64,000 bases of DNA from an uncultured candidate division Zixibacteria bacterium (GCA_963668625.2 CAXXKA010000001.1:544001-608000); one strand, 5' to 3'; counted from the stretch's first letter, positions 1 through 11,024 are shown. The notes: generated from the letters alone by a model not told the origin. Numbers and translations: made by a program.

Positions 1-39
1 TGAATATTTTGTATTAATGACTTATTTTCGGGAGGAATA

Positions 40-2142
40 ATGAATAAGTATCTAATTATATTGGTCGTCTTATTAATGGCGTGTTGTTTATCTACCCTGG
101 CTGATGAGGCTAATATCGAATATGTAAATTCATTCGGCTGGACTCATGTTCATGATATCAAAATAGAAAGCAGTACGGCATACTGTTTGTTTTTAAACGG
201 GCTCATAATATTCGATATCTCCGATAGCTCGAGTCCGGAGGAGTTAAGTCGTTTATATCTTCCGGGAAACTACACCTCTACGGCAGAGTACAGTTTGATT
301 ATAGAAAATAATTATGCTTATATCACCAGGGGAAAAGCCGGCCTGTGCATTGTCGATATCAACGATCCGGCGCAACCTGAGCTTGTAACGAGTTTTATGA
401 CGCCGACTATTGCCTACGGCATAGATTTAATGGATGATTACGCCGTTGTCTGCGGTAGCGGTGGCTTATACTTAATAGATATAAGCGATCCCGAGAATCC
501 AATGCTGGAATCGAGACTGGAACCTCGCGGCGGTAACGAGCTACGGGTGTCGGGTCATTATGCTTTCGTCGCTTCTCGCTCCGAGGGAATGCTGGTTTTT
601 AACCTGAATAATCCTCAGACTATCGAGCTGATAAACGGCTTTCCCGATAATGGCGGATTTCATCAAATAGAGATCGCAGGGGACTATGCTTTCCTGGACA
701 ATTATTATATGATAGTGCTCGATATATCCGACCCATACGAGATTTCACTCGTAGGCGAAATCGAAACGACCGGTTGTACCAGTGATATAGCGATAGTCGA
801 TAATCTCGCGTTTGTGGCTCGCAGCCATTATGGCATGACGATTCTCGATATAACCGATCCGGCAAATCCGGCGTTTGTCGGTGGCAGCGATCAGCAGGTA
901 ACTGCCGATCAAATCGAGGCAGACGGTAATATCGTGATAACTGCTGCGGAGGGAATTAATCTATTTGACGTATCGACGCCATCGAGCCCTGAGTTGATGT
1001 ACTCGTATTCGGAGAACCAAAATGACTTTTATTCGGTTATAGCTGAACAAAACATCCTTTACGCCGGCGGATTTCATATTTATGATATTTCCGATATCCA
1101 AGCTCCGATTGATTTGAACCGTGCTGATTTTAGTGTACAGGATATGGCTCTCGCGGATGATTACACATTTTTTGCCTGTGGTTCGGATGGTTTAAAAGTA
1201 TTCGATACAAGCGATCCTGAAAACTTCAGTCTCGTTTATAGTGATGATAGATTTCTTTCATTATCCGATATTTCGATCGTCGATGATCAGATGTATCTGG
1301 CGGATAATACCGAGGGGTTGAAAGTATACGACATTTCTGATCGTGAGGATCCACAGTTTCTCTGGGATTATGTCATCCCCCACCGTGCTATAAATAATAT
1401 TGTTGTTGATGATACGATAGCTTTCATTTCGGTACATGAGCATGGCCTGCAGATAGTGAATTTCAGTAATCCCGATCAACCTGCAATTATTTACGAAATC
1501 ACTGAGCATTTATTCGATACACCCTATGAGGTGGTTTTGGGCGATGGTTTCGCTTATTTAACTCTGGGATGGAATTTGATAGTATTCGATATTGCCGATC
1601 TTTCGAATCCAATCCTGGCTGATTCGGTCCATATGAGGGGGGATGTCAGGAAGATGGATTTAGTTGATAATTACCTGTTTCTGGCTAATGAGGATTTATC
1701 CGTTTTCGATGTTTCCGATCCGTACAACATTATTGAACTGGGATATTGTATGACGCCGGGACGTTCCCGTGATGTTATTTATCATAATGAGCATATATTT
1801 TTAGCCGATGGCGCATCCGTAACGGTGTTCAGGCTGAATATCACATCCATAACCGATGATCCTGATCCCCACCTCCCATCATCTTTCGTGTTATCGCAGA
1901 ATTACCCTAATCCGTTTAATGCCTCAACCACGATCAGGTATGAATTACCGATTACCTCGAGGGTAAAGGTCGATATATATGATATTCTCGGGAGAAACGT
2001 AGAATCGCTGGTTGACCGGATAAAGCCTGCGGGATATCATCAAGTAACATGGCATGCTGATGATTTGCCATCCGGTGTATATTTTTACAAAATACAGGCC
2101 GGAGAATTATCCGAAACCAACAAGATGTTATTGGTTAAATAG
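40..2142 (+). CDS. Secreted LVIVD-repeat beta-propeller protein with C-terminal sorting (T9SS-CTD/FlgD-Ig-like) domain
   Basis: Signal peptide; many GL.IvDISDP.NP repeats; C-terminal LSQNYPNPFNAST...SGVYFYKI...KMLLVK; SD GGAGG. Confidence 0.85.
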   Translation: MNKYLIILVVLLMACCLSTLADEANIEYVNSFGWTHVHDIKIESSTAYCLFLNGLIIFDISDSSSPEELSRLYLPGNYTSTAEYSLIIENNYAYITRGKAGLCIVDINDPAQPELVTSFMTPTIAYGIDLMDDYAVVCGSGGLYLIDISDPENPMLESRLEPRGGNELRVSGHYAFVASRSEGMLVFNLNNPQTIELINGFPDNGGFHQIEIAGDYAFLDNYYMIVLDISDPYEISLVGEIETTGCTSDIAIVDNLAFVARSHYGMTILDITDPANPAFVGGSDQQVTADQIEADGNIVITAAEGINLFDVSTPSSPELMYSYSENQNDFYSVIAEQNILYAGGFHIYDISDIQAPIDLNRADFSVQDMALADDYTFFACGSDGLKVFDTSDPENFSLVYSDDRFLSLSDISIVDDQMYLADNTEGLKVYDISDREDPQFLWDYVIPHRAINNIVVDDTIAFISVHEHGLQIVNFSNPDQPAIIYEITEHLFDTPYEVVLGDGFAYLTLGWNLIVFDIADLSNPILADSVHMRGDVRKMDLVDNYLFLANEDLSVFDVSDPYNIIELGYCMTPGRSRDVIYHNEHIFLADGASVTVFRLNITSITDDPDPHLPSSFVLSQNYPNPFNASTTIRYELPITSRVKVDIYDILGRNVESLVDRIKPAGYHQVTWHADDLPSGVYFYKIQAGELSETNKMLLVK

Positions 2143-2231
2143 ATTTATATTGATGCGGCGGTTTTCAATTCCGCCAAATGGATTATTTTTAAGCATGATT
2201 CTTTTAAATAATCATTATATATCGTAGTTCC

Positions 2232-2329
2232 CTGTTTTCCAGGCGGCTCTTGGGAACCTTCTTGAGTAATGCAGCATGCGCATTTTATCGGCAGGCAAGC
2301 CTCGTCACAAAACAGCATTTCGCAACGAG
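2232..2329. repeat. REPIN-like ~98-bp element, copy A (degenerate)
   Basis: Two inverted imperfect palindromes; internal sequence aligns by eye with 43939-44036 (aaccttcttga.t.atg.ag.atgcgcatt...caagcctcg). Confidence 0.75.
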
Positions 2330-2454
2330 GGGGTAGCAGTGATAGCAAGCATAAAATACTATCATAGGTTTTAAAACATCCCTGAATACCCGATTATCAA
2401 TATATACTAAAAATCCCTTGCCTCGAACCGCTAAATCCCTTATCAATCATCACT

Positions 2455-3087
2455 ATGAAAAGAACTCTGCTTTGTGTAATGGTATTGCTTACATTTTTAA
2501 GTTGTGGACGGCGGGCGTATATCAGCCCGGAGCCCCATTTTGATTGGCCGGAGATGCATTCAAGCTTGATTAGCGGAAAGCTCGGAATACACATACCGGA
2601 GGATATTTTAAGCAAAGCGTATAAGCCATCCGAGACTACCGATTGTTGTAAACATAAAGCTATTGATTTAGGTAAAGGCCTGCTAAGATTTTCCGAGCAA
2701 TCGGCCAATTCGGTTTTCAGCGAGGTCAGGATTTTAGAGGCTAAGCCTAACGATACATATATCAAATCGTTAGAACTTCGCGGCCTGCTGAATTTCAAGG
2801 ATGCAGGCATGGTTGTCGAGTTTATGCCTTATGTCGAACCGGAGTACGGGGCTGATAATATCTACCAGTACAATATCAGGCTCAGCCTGAATATCGAGCT
2901 AACCTCGATTGACTTCATGCTCAATGATATTCGGGGTTTCAGTATAAATATTGAAAACGAAAGCACCCAGCCGATACCTCGTCACAGGATAAACGCCGCA
3001 TTGCAAAATCTCGTCGATGAGCTTTTCGAGTTAGCCGCTGATCACCTCGCCAAACAGATTATAAATATGTACGGCGCCAGAACTTAA
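2455..3087 (+). CDS. Hypothetical lipoprotein
   Basis: MKR + hydrophobic stretch + lipobox FLSC. Confidence 0.7.
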   Translation: MKRTLLCVMVLLTFLSCGRRAYISPEPHFDWPEMHSSLISGKLGIHIPEDILSKAYKPSETTDCCKHKAIDLGKGLLRFSEQSANSVFSEVRILEAKPNDTYIKSLELRGLLNFKDAGMVVEFMPYVEPEYGADNIYQYNIRLSLNIELTSIDFMLNDIRGFSINIENESTQPIPRHRINAALQNLVDELFELAADHLAKQIINMYGART

Positions 3088-3096
3088 GGACTTCTT

Positions 3097-5901
3097 TTGA
3101 ATATTCAGCTTGATACTTTCTATAGTATAGATTTAGAGACCACCGGAATCGACGCCAGCGCTGACCGTATCACCGAAATAGGCGTGGTAAAATACGTGCG
3201 AGGGGAGAGGATAGAGACATTCTCCCAACTTGTTAACCCCGGTGTATCGATAACGCCGGAAATAGTCGGGCTGACCGGTATCGATAATTCGATGGTTGCC
3301 GAGGCACCCCCGATCGGCGAAGTGATGCCGGAGCTGGAAGCGTTTTTGGGCGAATCACCTTTGCTCTTGGGCCAGAACGTCAGGTTCGATATCGCGTTTT
3401 TGAAACATCATTTGTCGCTTCAATATCTGGCTATAGTCGATGAGTTCTTTCTCGATTCGGCTGCGCTTGCCCGTCTATGCTGGCCTGGACTCAGTCATTA
3501 CGCCCTGGCCGGATTGACCGATTTCCTGAATATCAAGCAGGAATCAGCCCATCGAGCATTACCGGATGCCGAGGTTACGGCAAAAGTATATCTTTATCAA
3601 CTGGCGGCAATCAGCAAGCTAGAACCTAAACTGAAAAACGTAGTCGCCGGAGTGCTCTTTGGACTGCCATATAAGGGGCAGGTATTAGAGTCGCTTGAAA
3701 ACCTGCCGGACAATCTTCCCGAACCGATTGTTTACAGTTACGATTACGGCGACAACATCCTGGGAGAAAAACAACTCGAGCCGAAAGATGATTTTATCGA
3801 TATAGATAATGATGAGGTAAATGAGATTTTCGACAGCGGTCTTCGTGAACTGATAGATGGTTACGAGGAGCGCCCCCAGCAAATCGAGATGGCCTCGAAG
3901 GTTGCGACCGCTTTCAACAATGCCGAGATACTTCTGGCCGAGGCGCCGACCGGTGTTGGCAAGTCGCTATCTTACCTGGTACCCTCAGTGCTATGGGCAA
4001 AGCAGAACGGCGAAAGCGTGCTGATTTCGACCCAGACAAAGAACCTCCAGGACCAACTTTTCAACAAAGATATACCTCTTCTAAAACAAGCTATGGATTT
4101 CGATTTCAAAGCCGTATTATTAAAAGGCCGGGGAAACTATCTCTGTTTGTTCAAATATTATGAGCTAATTAACGAGGCGATCAGCCACTACGGTATGGAT
4201 GAGCGTATTGCCTTGATGTCTGTCGTGCTCTGGGCCGAAACCACCAAAACCGGCGATTTCGCCGAGTGCACCGGTTTTTTTCCGGGGCGGTATCGCTATT
4301 TGTGGTCGCGCATGTCCTGCGAGGGTAATTTCTGTTTGGGACGGGTTTGCCGTTACTATAAGCAATGCTACCTGTACAGGGTGAGAAACGCCGCCGCCAC
4401 GGCGCATCTGAGAGTAATTAATCATTACCTGATGTTTGCCGATTTCGGTTCGGGGGGCGATTTGATTCAATCCTCCGGGCAGGCGATAATGGATGAAGCG
4501 CATAACCTGGAGAAAGTAGCCGCCGGCTATCTCGGGCCGGAATTGAATCAGAACCTGTTCATTACCGCATTTAACCAGGTTTATACTATAAAACCGATAG
4601 AGACCGGTTTCCTGACACTGGTGAAATCCAGAATGTTCGATCTGGATGAGGAATTGCAGGATACGTTCGAGAAAATAGTCGGCAAAATACAGAGCAAGCT
4701 GTTAAGAGCGAGAGGGAAGATCGGCGAGTTTTTCGATAAGCTCTCGCGCGCGGTGGTTAAAACTCCGGCGGGATACAGAGATAACCGCGAGATCAGCTAT
4801 ACCTCGCTAACCGGATATATTGCTCCGGAGCTGATCGATGATTCGATTATCGCCGTGAAGACGATCGAATCGATGATACTCGATCTCGCCGATGAGATAG
4901 AGACCGCTGATGATTTCAAAGATAAAGCCGAACTGACAATACGCGCCCGGGCAATTGCCCAGGATATATTGGAACTGCGGAGATCGCTGGAATTCCTGAC
5001 TTATCCCGATGAGAAAGACTATGTCTACTGGATGGAACTGGGGCCTAAAAGGGATGTCCGCCTTCAGTGCGCGCCTTTAAATGTCGGAAATATCCTTGAT
5101 GATAAACTGTACGGCCAGTTGAAAACCATCGTTATGTGTTCGGCTACCCTGTCGGTTGCAGGTAATTTCGAATTCTACAAGAATCGTCTGGGATTTAATC
5201 TTTCCTCCAAAGAGAGAGTTACCGAGATTGCTCTGGATAGCCCGTTTAATTTAAAACAACATGTGGGATTTTTCGAGGCGGGATTCATGCCGATTCCGAA
5301 TTCCAAGAATTTCGATAGCGAAGCGGCTAAAACCATCTATCAGTTGTTCAGCTCGACGAAAGTGCGAGGTATGGTGTTGTTTACCTCCTATAGATCGATC
5401 GAATCGGTTATAAACTCGATAGGCGAGAAACTGATTAAAAATGGTTTCGAGTTATTCGTGCAGGGTAACAATATAAGCCCGTTTCAATTGCTTTCACGAT
5501 ACCGGCAATCCTCACAGGGGATAATATTCGGTACCGATAGTTTCTGGGAGGGAGTCGATCTGCCCGGTAACGAATTGGAACTTCTGGTGATAGCCAAGCT
5601 GCCGTTTGCCGTACCCGATCGGCCCTGGACAAAAGCCAATCTCGATAAGATAGAGCGCGAGGGCGGCAACCCGTTCATGGATTTCTCATTGCCCGAGGCC
5701 GTTATCAAGTTCAGACAGGGATTTGGCCGCCTGATCAGGAAGAAAACCGATAAGGGCTGTGTGGTATCTCTCGATTCGCGTTTGAGCGGCAAGCAATACG
5801 GACGGTTATTCCAGATGTCGGTAAAACCGAATATGAAAGTTTGTCCGAACCTCGAATCGTTGATACATTCGATTGGCAAATATTACGAAATTAATAGATA
5901 A
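3097..5901 (+). CDS. dinG: DinG-family helicase with N-terminal DEDDh (DnaQ-like) 3'-5' exonuclease
   Basis: DLETTG...HRALPDA exonuclease motifs; Walker A EAPTGVGKS; DEAH; FWEGVD; QGFGRLIR; Cys cluster consistent with Fe-S. Confidence 0.92.
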   Translation: MNIQLDTFYSIDLETTGIDASADRITEIGVVKYVRGERIETFSQLVNPGVSITPEIVGLTGIDNSMVAEAPPIGEVMPELEAFLGESPLLLGQNVRFDIAFLKHHLSLQYLAIVDEFFLDSAALARLCWPGLSHYALAGLTDFLNIKQESAHRALPDAEVTAKVYLYQLAAISKLEPKLKNVVAGVLFGLPYKGQVLESLENLPDNLPEPIVYSYDYGDNILGEKQLEPKDDFIDIDNDEVNEIFDSGLRELIDGYEERPQQIEMASKVATAFNNAEILLAEAPTGVGKSLSYLVPSVLWAKQNGESVLISTQTKNLQDQLFNKDIPLLKQAMDFDFKAVLLKGRGNYLCLFKYYELINEAISHYGMDERIALMSVVLWAETTKTGDFAECTGFFPGRYRYLWSRMSCEGNFCLGRVCRYYKQCYLYRVRNAAATAHLRVINHYLMFADFGSGGDLIQSSGQAIMDEAHNLEKVAAGYLGPELNQNLFITAFNQVYTIKPIETGFLTLVKSRMFDLDEELQDTFEKIVGKIQSKLLRARGKIGEFFDKLSRAVVKTPAGYRDNREISYTSLTGYIAPELIDDSIIAVKTIESMILDLADEIETADDFKDKAELTIRARAIAQDILELRRSLEFLTYPDEKDYVYWMELGPKRDVRLQCAPLNVGNILDDKLYGQLKTIVMCSATLSVAGNFEFYKNRLGFNLSSKERVTEIALDSPFNLKQHVGFFEAGFMPIPNSKNFDSEAAKTIYQLFSSTKVRGMVLFTSYRSIESVINSIGEKLIKNGFELFVQGNNISPFQLLSRYRQSSQGIIFGTDSFWEGVDLPGNELELLVIAKLPFAVPDRPWTKANLDKIEREGGNPFMDFSLPEAVIKFRQGFGRLIRKKTDKGCVVSLDSRLSGKQYGRLFQMSVKPNMKVCPNLESLIHSIGKYYEINR

Positions 5902-6103
5902 AACTTGCCAATTTGACCCCGATGACAATTTCATTTACTCCGTTTGAAGCCTCATTATGAAAATCTTGTTATAATCGTATATTTTACTTTTTATATCCAA
6001 TATCCTGCCGATAGAATAAATAAAGAAAATGCGCATAAAGCGCGGGTTTTAAGGGTGATTAATTGCCTTGAACGGAAAAATAATTACGGGATAGAGATAA
6101 TTG

Positions 6104-7549
6104 ATGGCTGTTGATACGCTTACCGCGAAAGCTCGTTTATTAATCGTCGATGATGACGCTAACCTGGTAGATACTTTCAGCGAATATCTGGAGAATTTTG
6201 ATTTCGCTCTGGATGTCGCCAAGACCGGGCAAGAGGCGTTGGAGATGGTTAAAACAGGTAAATACGACCTCATGCTTCTGGATATAAAGCTGCCGGATTT
6301 TTCGGGCATGGAGGTTTTAAAACAGGTCAAGCAGATTAAAAACGAACTGCCGGTGATGATTATGACCGGCTATATATCTACCGATTCGGCTATCGAGGCT
6401 ATGAAACACGGCGCTCATGAATTTATCACCAAGCCTTTCGATCTCGATAGCGTGATGGGAATTATCAACCGTCTGGTAAAACAGGCGCCTCCGATGCGCG
6501 GCCTGGCTACTTTCAGCGTTGCTCCGAAAATTGTCGAGGACGCGATCATCGGCCAGACACCGGAGATGGTCGAGATCGCCAAGATAATCGGCCAGGTGGC
6601 CGCCACTGATGCCTCTGTGCTGATTTTAGGCGAGTCGGGTACCGGTAAGGAACTGGTAGCCCGGTCTATCTATGCTAATTCGCTTCGTTGCGATAAGCCG
6701 TTTCTCTCGGTAAACTGCGCCGCCTTGCCTGATACGCTGTTGGAATCGGAGTTGTTCGGCCATGAAAAGGGCTCGTTCACCGGAGCGTATACCCGCAAGC
6801 TGGGTAAGTTCGAACAGTGTAACGCCGGCACGATCTTCTTGGATGAGGTCGCTGATATGAGCCTTGTTACTCAGAGCAAAGTCCTGCGCGTTCTTCAGCA
6901 GCAGGAGTTCGAACGTGTCGGTGGTAACCAGACTATCAAAGTCGATGTTCGAGTGATTGCCGCGACTAATAAGTCGTTGGTAAATATGATAAAAGATAGT
7001 TCATTTAGAGTAGACCTTTACTATCGTTTGAAAGTAGTTTCGGTATTTTTACCGCCTCTTCGCGAACGCCGCGCCGATATACCGCTTCTGGCAAATCATT
7101 TTATCCGCTTGTATGCTCAGCAAACCAATCGCGAGGAATTAAGCATATCCAAAGATGCCTTAAGCGGTCTTATGAGATACCCATGGCCGGGCAATGTCAG
7201 GGAACTCGAAAACAACGTACATTCGGCGGTGGTGATGTCAAAAGGTGATGTTCTCCAGCCGGATCATTTCCCGGTGCTCTCTGGCGAGGTAGAGAAAGTC
7301 GAGCTCGATTTATCGCAAATAGATGATGATTATTGCAGGATGTTCACCGAGATCATCGATAATAATTTCGACAAAATCGTTGGTATATCCGGTAATCATG
7401 TTTATTCGCATCTAAACTCGGCTTTGGAGAAAGCTGTTATATCAGCAGCGCTTAAATTCACCGGCTCCAACCAGGTGAAAGCCGCCGAGCTGTTGGGGGT
7501 GTCACGAAATACGCTTCGTGACAGGATAGCCAAATATGGGCTGTATTGA
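6104..7549 (+). CDS. Sigma-54-dependent response regulator (NtrC family: REC-AAA+-Fis HTH)
   Basis: IVDDD receiver; GESGTGKE; ELFGHEKGSFTGA; WPGNVREL; C-terminal NQVKAAELLGVSRNTL. Confidence 0.93.
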   Translation: MAVDTLTAKARLLIVDDDANLVDTFSEYLENFDFALDVAKTGQEALEMVKTGKYDLMLLDIKLPDFSGMEVLKQVKQIKNELPVMIMTGYISTDSAIEAMKHGAHEFITKPFDLDSVMGIINRLVKQAPPMRGLATFSVAPKIVEDAIIGQTPEMVEIAKIIGQVAATDASVLILGESGTGKELVARSIYANSLRCDKPFLSVNCAALPDTLLESELFGHEKGSFTGAYTRKLGKFEQCNAGTIFLDEVADMSLVTQSKVLRVLQQQEFERVGGNQTIKVDVRVIAATNKSLVNMIKDSSFRVDLYYRLKVVSVFLPPLRERRADIPLLANHFIRLYAQQTNREELSISKDALSGLMRYPWPGNVRELENNVHSAVVMSKGDVLQPDHFPVLSGEVEKVELDLSQIDDDYCRMFTEIIDNNFDKIVGISGNHVYSHLNSALEKAVISAALKFTGSNQVKAAELLGVSRNTLRDRIAKYGLY

Positions 7550-7556
7550 TATCTGC

Positions 7557-7585
7557 GTAGGTTGAAACCCCTGCGGTTTCGACTA
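7557..7585 (+). repeat. GTAG-headed REP-like palindrome between convergent genes
   Basis: GTAG followed by gttgaaacc-cctgc-ggtttcgac stem. Confidence 0.5.
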
Positions 7586-7595
7586 GTTTCCCAAC

Positions 7596-8102
7596 TCAAT
7601 ACAACCAACTCCGATACTCATCAATAAATTCTTTCATATCCTCAAACAACCACACCATACGATCGGCAAACCATACCTTGCTGATAAATATCAACATTCC
7701 ACCGAAAGCCGTCATCCATATATCGAGAACGACCAGTCCCCAGACAAATGGGATAATGCCAATCGAACTACCTGCGGAAAGGATATTAGGCATGACTTTA
7801 TGATGCGCCGGTACCGGTATCGTTTTACGATTTAGCCAGACTCTTTCGCCAAGCACTACTTTCGAGGCCCAGTTGTTAGTGCTTTTCGGCTCAGGGAAAA
7901 CGCGCGGATTTAGCCACATCCATATAAATACGATAGCTATTGGCAGAGCCGACCACCAGCCCAGCCATATCCTGCTCCAAAAAGCCGGGATAAGAAGCGG
8001 TATCAAGGAAAAGCGCGAGTAAACGCTCCGGGGGTTCGTGTGCCGCCGCCACGTTCTATCATCCATTTTAAACAGTGATGCTATTACTTTTTCAACGGAC
8101 AT
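7596..8102 (-). CDS. Membrane protein, probably DUF6653 family
   Basis: W.RH.NP.SV..R, NPR.F..P....NWAS..VLGER.WL and K.WF.DRMV motifs; family name from memory. Confidence 0.7.
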   Translation of the reverse strand: MSVEKVIASLFKMDDRTWRRHTNPRSVYSRFSLIPLLIPAFWSRIWLGWWSALPIAIVFIWMWLNPRVFPEPKSTNNWASKVVLGERVWLNRKTIPVPAHHKVMPNILSAGSSIGIIPFVWGLVVLDIWMTAFGGMLIFISKVWFADRMVWLFEDMKEFIDEYRSWLY

Positions 8103-8111
8103 ATTGAGGTC

Positions 8112-8140
8112 ACTTTATCAGATAGGCCGGGGGATGTCAA
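8112..8140 (-). promoter_or_regulatory. Sigma-70-type promoter, near-leaderless
   Basis: Minus strand TTGACA-N17-TAAAGT with TG extension, 9 nt before the ATG at 8102. Confidence 0.6.
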
Positions 8141-8253
8141 GCTCATAAAGAAATGCGAGTTTTTCTCACAGTACTCATTATGGCTATAGCCGGAATGGAT
8201 TATATTTTAGAGTCATGCAAGCGCCGTTTACTGCACAAATATGCATTATTCGG

Positions 8254-8282
8254 TTGACAGCTATATCCATACATACTAATTT
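8254..8282 (+). promoter_or_regulatory. Sigma-70-type promoter, leaderless candidate
   Basis: TTGACA-N17-TAATTT, 6 nt before the ATG at 8289; no SD. Confidence 0.55.
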
Positions 8283-8288
8283 AAACGC

Positions 8289-10106
8289 ATGAAAAATTTA
8301 TACGCATTATTAATAGTACTGCTGCTGGCCCCAATCGTTCTACCGCAGGATTCGACATTCAATCATAGAGAGGTGTTCGAAACTATGCTTAACGAGGCTT
8401 TAATAGCCATAAAGCTTACTCCGGAGGACCTGGCCCAGCGGGATGATTACCTCGAAAAGGACGAGTACCGTCTGCAGCTTATAGACAGCGTGATGCACGC
8501 GCCGCTAACCATGCTCGATATCTCCGAGGAGCTTCTGGAGGGTAAGCTGCCGCAGTATTCGGATTATATCGGTTACAAGCTGAAAGATTTTTTCTTAACC
8601 GGCAATCCCCGCGATGTCGTTCGGAAATACACTCGTAAAAGCGGTATTGATGGTATTACCATGTACCGCCTGGCTTATTTCATGGCCGGCACTGAGCATA
8701 TGACTACACATCAATTATACGGTAACATTCACTCATCGCTGTTGGATTCGCTGATTTACGGGTTCACCCTGCTTTTAGAGGAGGATACGCTGGATGAGTT
8801 TCGAACGGTGGAGCAGCTTGACTCGATAGGCGCTTACGAGGAGGAGTGGACCAAGCAACTGACAAAAATCACCTATGGCGTATCGGCCGAGGTATTCGGC
8901 ATGATGGGACAATCGCTTCTGGATATTTTCAATGATGCAATCATAAATGATGAAAAGGCGCAGGAGTTCAAACGGGGTTACCTCGAGTTCAACACTAAAT
9001 ACGGCAAGGTGTGTATCGGGGATGATACGAAACAAAACTACTCTGGCGATATATTTATCGTGATAGATTACGGCGGGGATGACACCTACGATATCCGGAA
9101 ATCCGGTACCGGCAATTTCACGTACATATTAGATTACGGCGGTAACGATATATACCATCTACCTAAAAACCGCATTGCTCCATACGCCACCGGCGCGAAT
9201 CTCATAATCGATTTTAATGGTGATGACTATTACGATGCCGGTTCCTGGGCTTTAGGATCGGGATTCTTCGGAAGCGGTGTGCTCTGGGATAAAAGCGGCA
9301 ACGACCATTATTACGGCGATACTCACACCATGGGCGCGGGCTGTTTCGGCTACGGGCTTCTGCGTGATGACGCCGGTGATGATACCTATAACGCCGCCCT
9401 GTTCTCGCAGGGATTCGCGTTCGTGCGCGGAGTCGGTATTCTTCACGATATTGAGGGTAACGATCATTATTTCGCCGGAGGTAAATACAAGGATGTCCTT
9501 CGTTACGAGGATCATTTCCTGTCGCTGTCGCAGGGATTTGCTTACGGGCTGCGGCCGTATATGTCGGGAGGTGTGGGATACCTGATCGATAACGAAGGAA
9601 ATGACACATACGAGTCGGATATTTTCGGACAGGGCTGCTCCTACTGGTGGAGTCTGGGTATCCTTGCCGATGGTTCGGGCAACGATAAATACCTGTCGTT
9701 CCAATATGCGCAGGGAGCGGCGACTCACATGGCGCTGGGTACTCTTTATGACGCCTCAGGTGATGATTTCTATTTCTCCAAAGGCGTATCTCAGGGCTGC
9801 GGCCATGATCGTTCGGTTGGTTTGCTTTATGATATCTCCGGCAGCGATAACTATATGGCTTACGATCTCTCGCAAGGCGCGGGTTCGGCCAACGGTATAG
9901 GCTTGATAGCCGACCTTCGTGGTTTGGATGCCTACCTGGTGAAAAAAGACCACAATACGCAGGGTTACGGCAATCCCAGGCGGGATTACGGCTCTATCGG
10001 TGTATTAATCGATGCCGGCGGGGAGAAAGACACTTACGCCGGTGGTACGGCCGCCGATTCGACCTGGCATACCGGCTCTAGATGGGGAGTAAGTATCGAT
10101 GAGTAA
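8289..10106 (+). CDS. Secreted protein with Gly/Asp-rich D..G.D.Y / SQG.G repeats (beta-solenoid, possibly Ca-binding)
   Basis: Signal peptide; about a dozen D.xG.D.Y repeats in the C-terminal half. Confidence 0.75.
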   Translation: MKNLYALLIVLLLAPIVLPQDSTFNHREVFETMLNEALIAIKLTPEDLAQRDDYLEKDEYRLQLIDSVMHAPLTMLDISEELLEGKLPQYSDYIGYKLKDFFLTGNPRDVVRKYTRKSGIDGITMYRLAYFMAGTEHMTTHQLYGNIHSSLLDSLIYGFTLLLEEDTLDEFRTVEQLDSIGAYEEEWTKQLTKITYGVSAEVFGMMGQSLLDIFNDAIINDEKAQEFKRGYLEFNTKYGKVCIGDDTKQNYSGDIFIVIDYGGDDTYDIRKSGTGNFTYILDYGGNDIYHLPKNRIAPYATGANLIIDFNGDDYYDAGSWALGSGFFGSGVLWDKSGNDHYYGDTHTMGAGCFGYGLLRDDAGDDTYNAALFSQGFAFVRGVGILHDIEGNDHYFAGGKYKDVLRYEDHFLSLSQGFAYGLRPYMSGGVGYLIDNEGNDTYESDIFGQGCSYWWSLGILADGSGNDKYLSFQYAQGAATHMALGTLYDASGDDFYFSKGVSQGCGHDRSVGLLYDISGSDNYMAYDLSQGAGSANGIGLIADLRGLDAYLVKKDHNTQGYGNPRRDYGSIGVLIDAGGEKDTYAGGTAADSTWHTGSRWGVSIDE

Positions 10107-11022
10107 ATTTATATACGCGGCTGTTCTGGTGTTGATAATATCAAGCTCGCCTTTTGCCCAGGATAAAGCTACCGATGCCGAGATCGTCGATTCGCTATTC
10201 ATGCGTGTTACCTCCGGTATGGTTATGTTCAAAGACCAGGTAGAGCCATCCCGGCTGGCGATAATAGGATTGGGTGAGCGAGCGATACCCCGGATGCTGA
10301 CCAAGCTAGATACCCGGAGCGCGAGGGAAACTCACGCGGTGGTTGATATTTTTAAAGGTATCGGTGAGACAGCCGTGCCCGCTCTCGTTAAAAAGTTAAG
10401 GTCTCGGGATGATTATGTGCGACGGTTAACGATCAGATGTCTGGGGGATATTAAAAGCCCTCTGGCAATTGATAGCTTGATGAGTTACGCCAAGCATGAG
10501 GACTACAGGACACGTTCCGGTGTGATGGACGCGCTTGGGCGTATCGGTGAAACTCGTGGCGCCAATACCGTAATGGCCGGCCTGCACGATCTCGATGAAC
10601 TGGTTGCTACCTCGGCGGCGGTTGCCTGCGGGCGAATAGTCGAGGGCATCGATCCGATGGCTCTTATAGAATCTCTGGGACATCCATACTACGGGGTGAG
10701 ATATAGCTCCATGAATTCGCTGGTGAAACTGGGGGAGACGGCGGTCGAGCCTCTCATATTTCATGTGGAAAACCATGAGCGTGATATCAGTATCGGTTAT
10801 GCTATCGAGGCGCTCGGCAAAATCAGCTCTAAGAAGGCTGTCAAGGTATTAAAGCAAACGATGAAATCGAACAGGTGGAACATTCGTGCGTATACGGCTC
10901 AGGCGCTGGGGGAGATTAATCAGGGCAAAGCGAAAAAGATACTCAAAAACGCGCTAAAAGAGGAAAACCATCCTCTCGTGATAAGTAAAATCAATGAATC
11001 ATTAGCCATGAATGATGATTAG
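10099..11022 (+). CDS. Exported HEAT/PBS-lyase-like repeat protein
   Basis: Signal peptide; repeated VR...A..ALG.IG...A...L units; overlaps the upstream stop. Confidence 0.8.
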   Translation: MSKFIYAAVLVLIISSSPFAQDKATDAEIVDSLFMRVTSGMVMFKDQVEPSRLAIIGLGERAIPRMLTKLDTRSARETHAVVDIFKGIGETAVPALVKKLRSRDDYVRRLTIRCLGDIKSPLAIDSLMSYAKHEDYRTRSGVMDALGRIGETRGANTVMAGLHDLDELVATSAAVACGRIVEGIDPMALIESLGHPYYGVRYSSMNSLVKLGETAVEPLIFHVENHERDISIGYAIEALGKISSKKAVKVLKQTMKSNRWNIRAYTAQALGEINQGKAKKILKNALKEENHPLVISKINESLAMNDD

Positions 11023-11024
11023 TC

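Noticed and set aside
6101-7549. GSFTGA instead of GAFTGA as a sign of sigma-54 independence
   Set aside because: Conservative variant common among enhancer-binding proteins; the key F and T residues are retained
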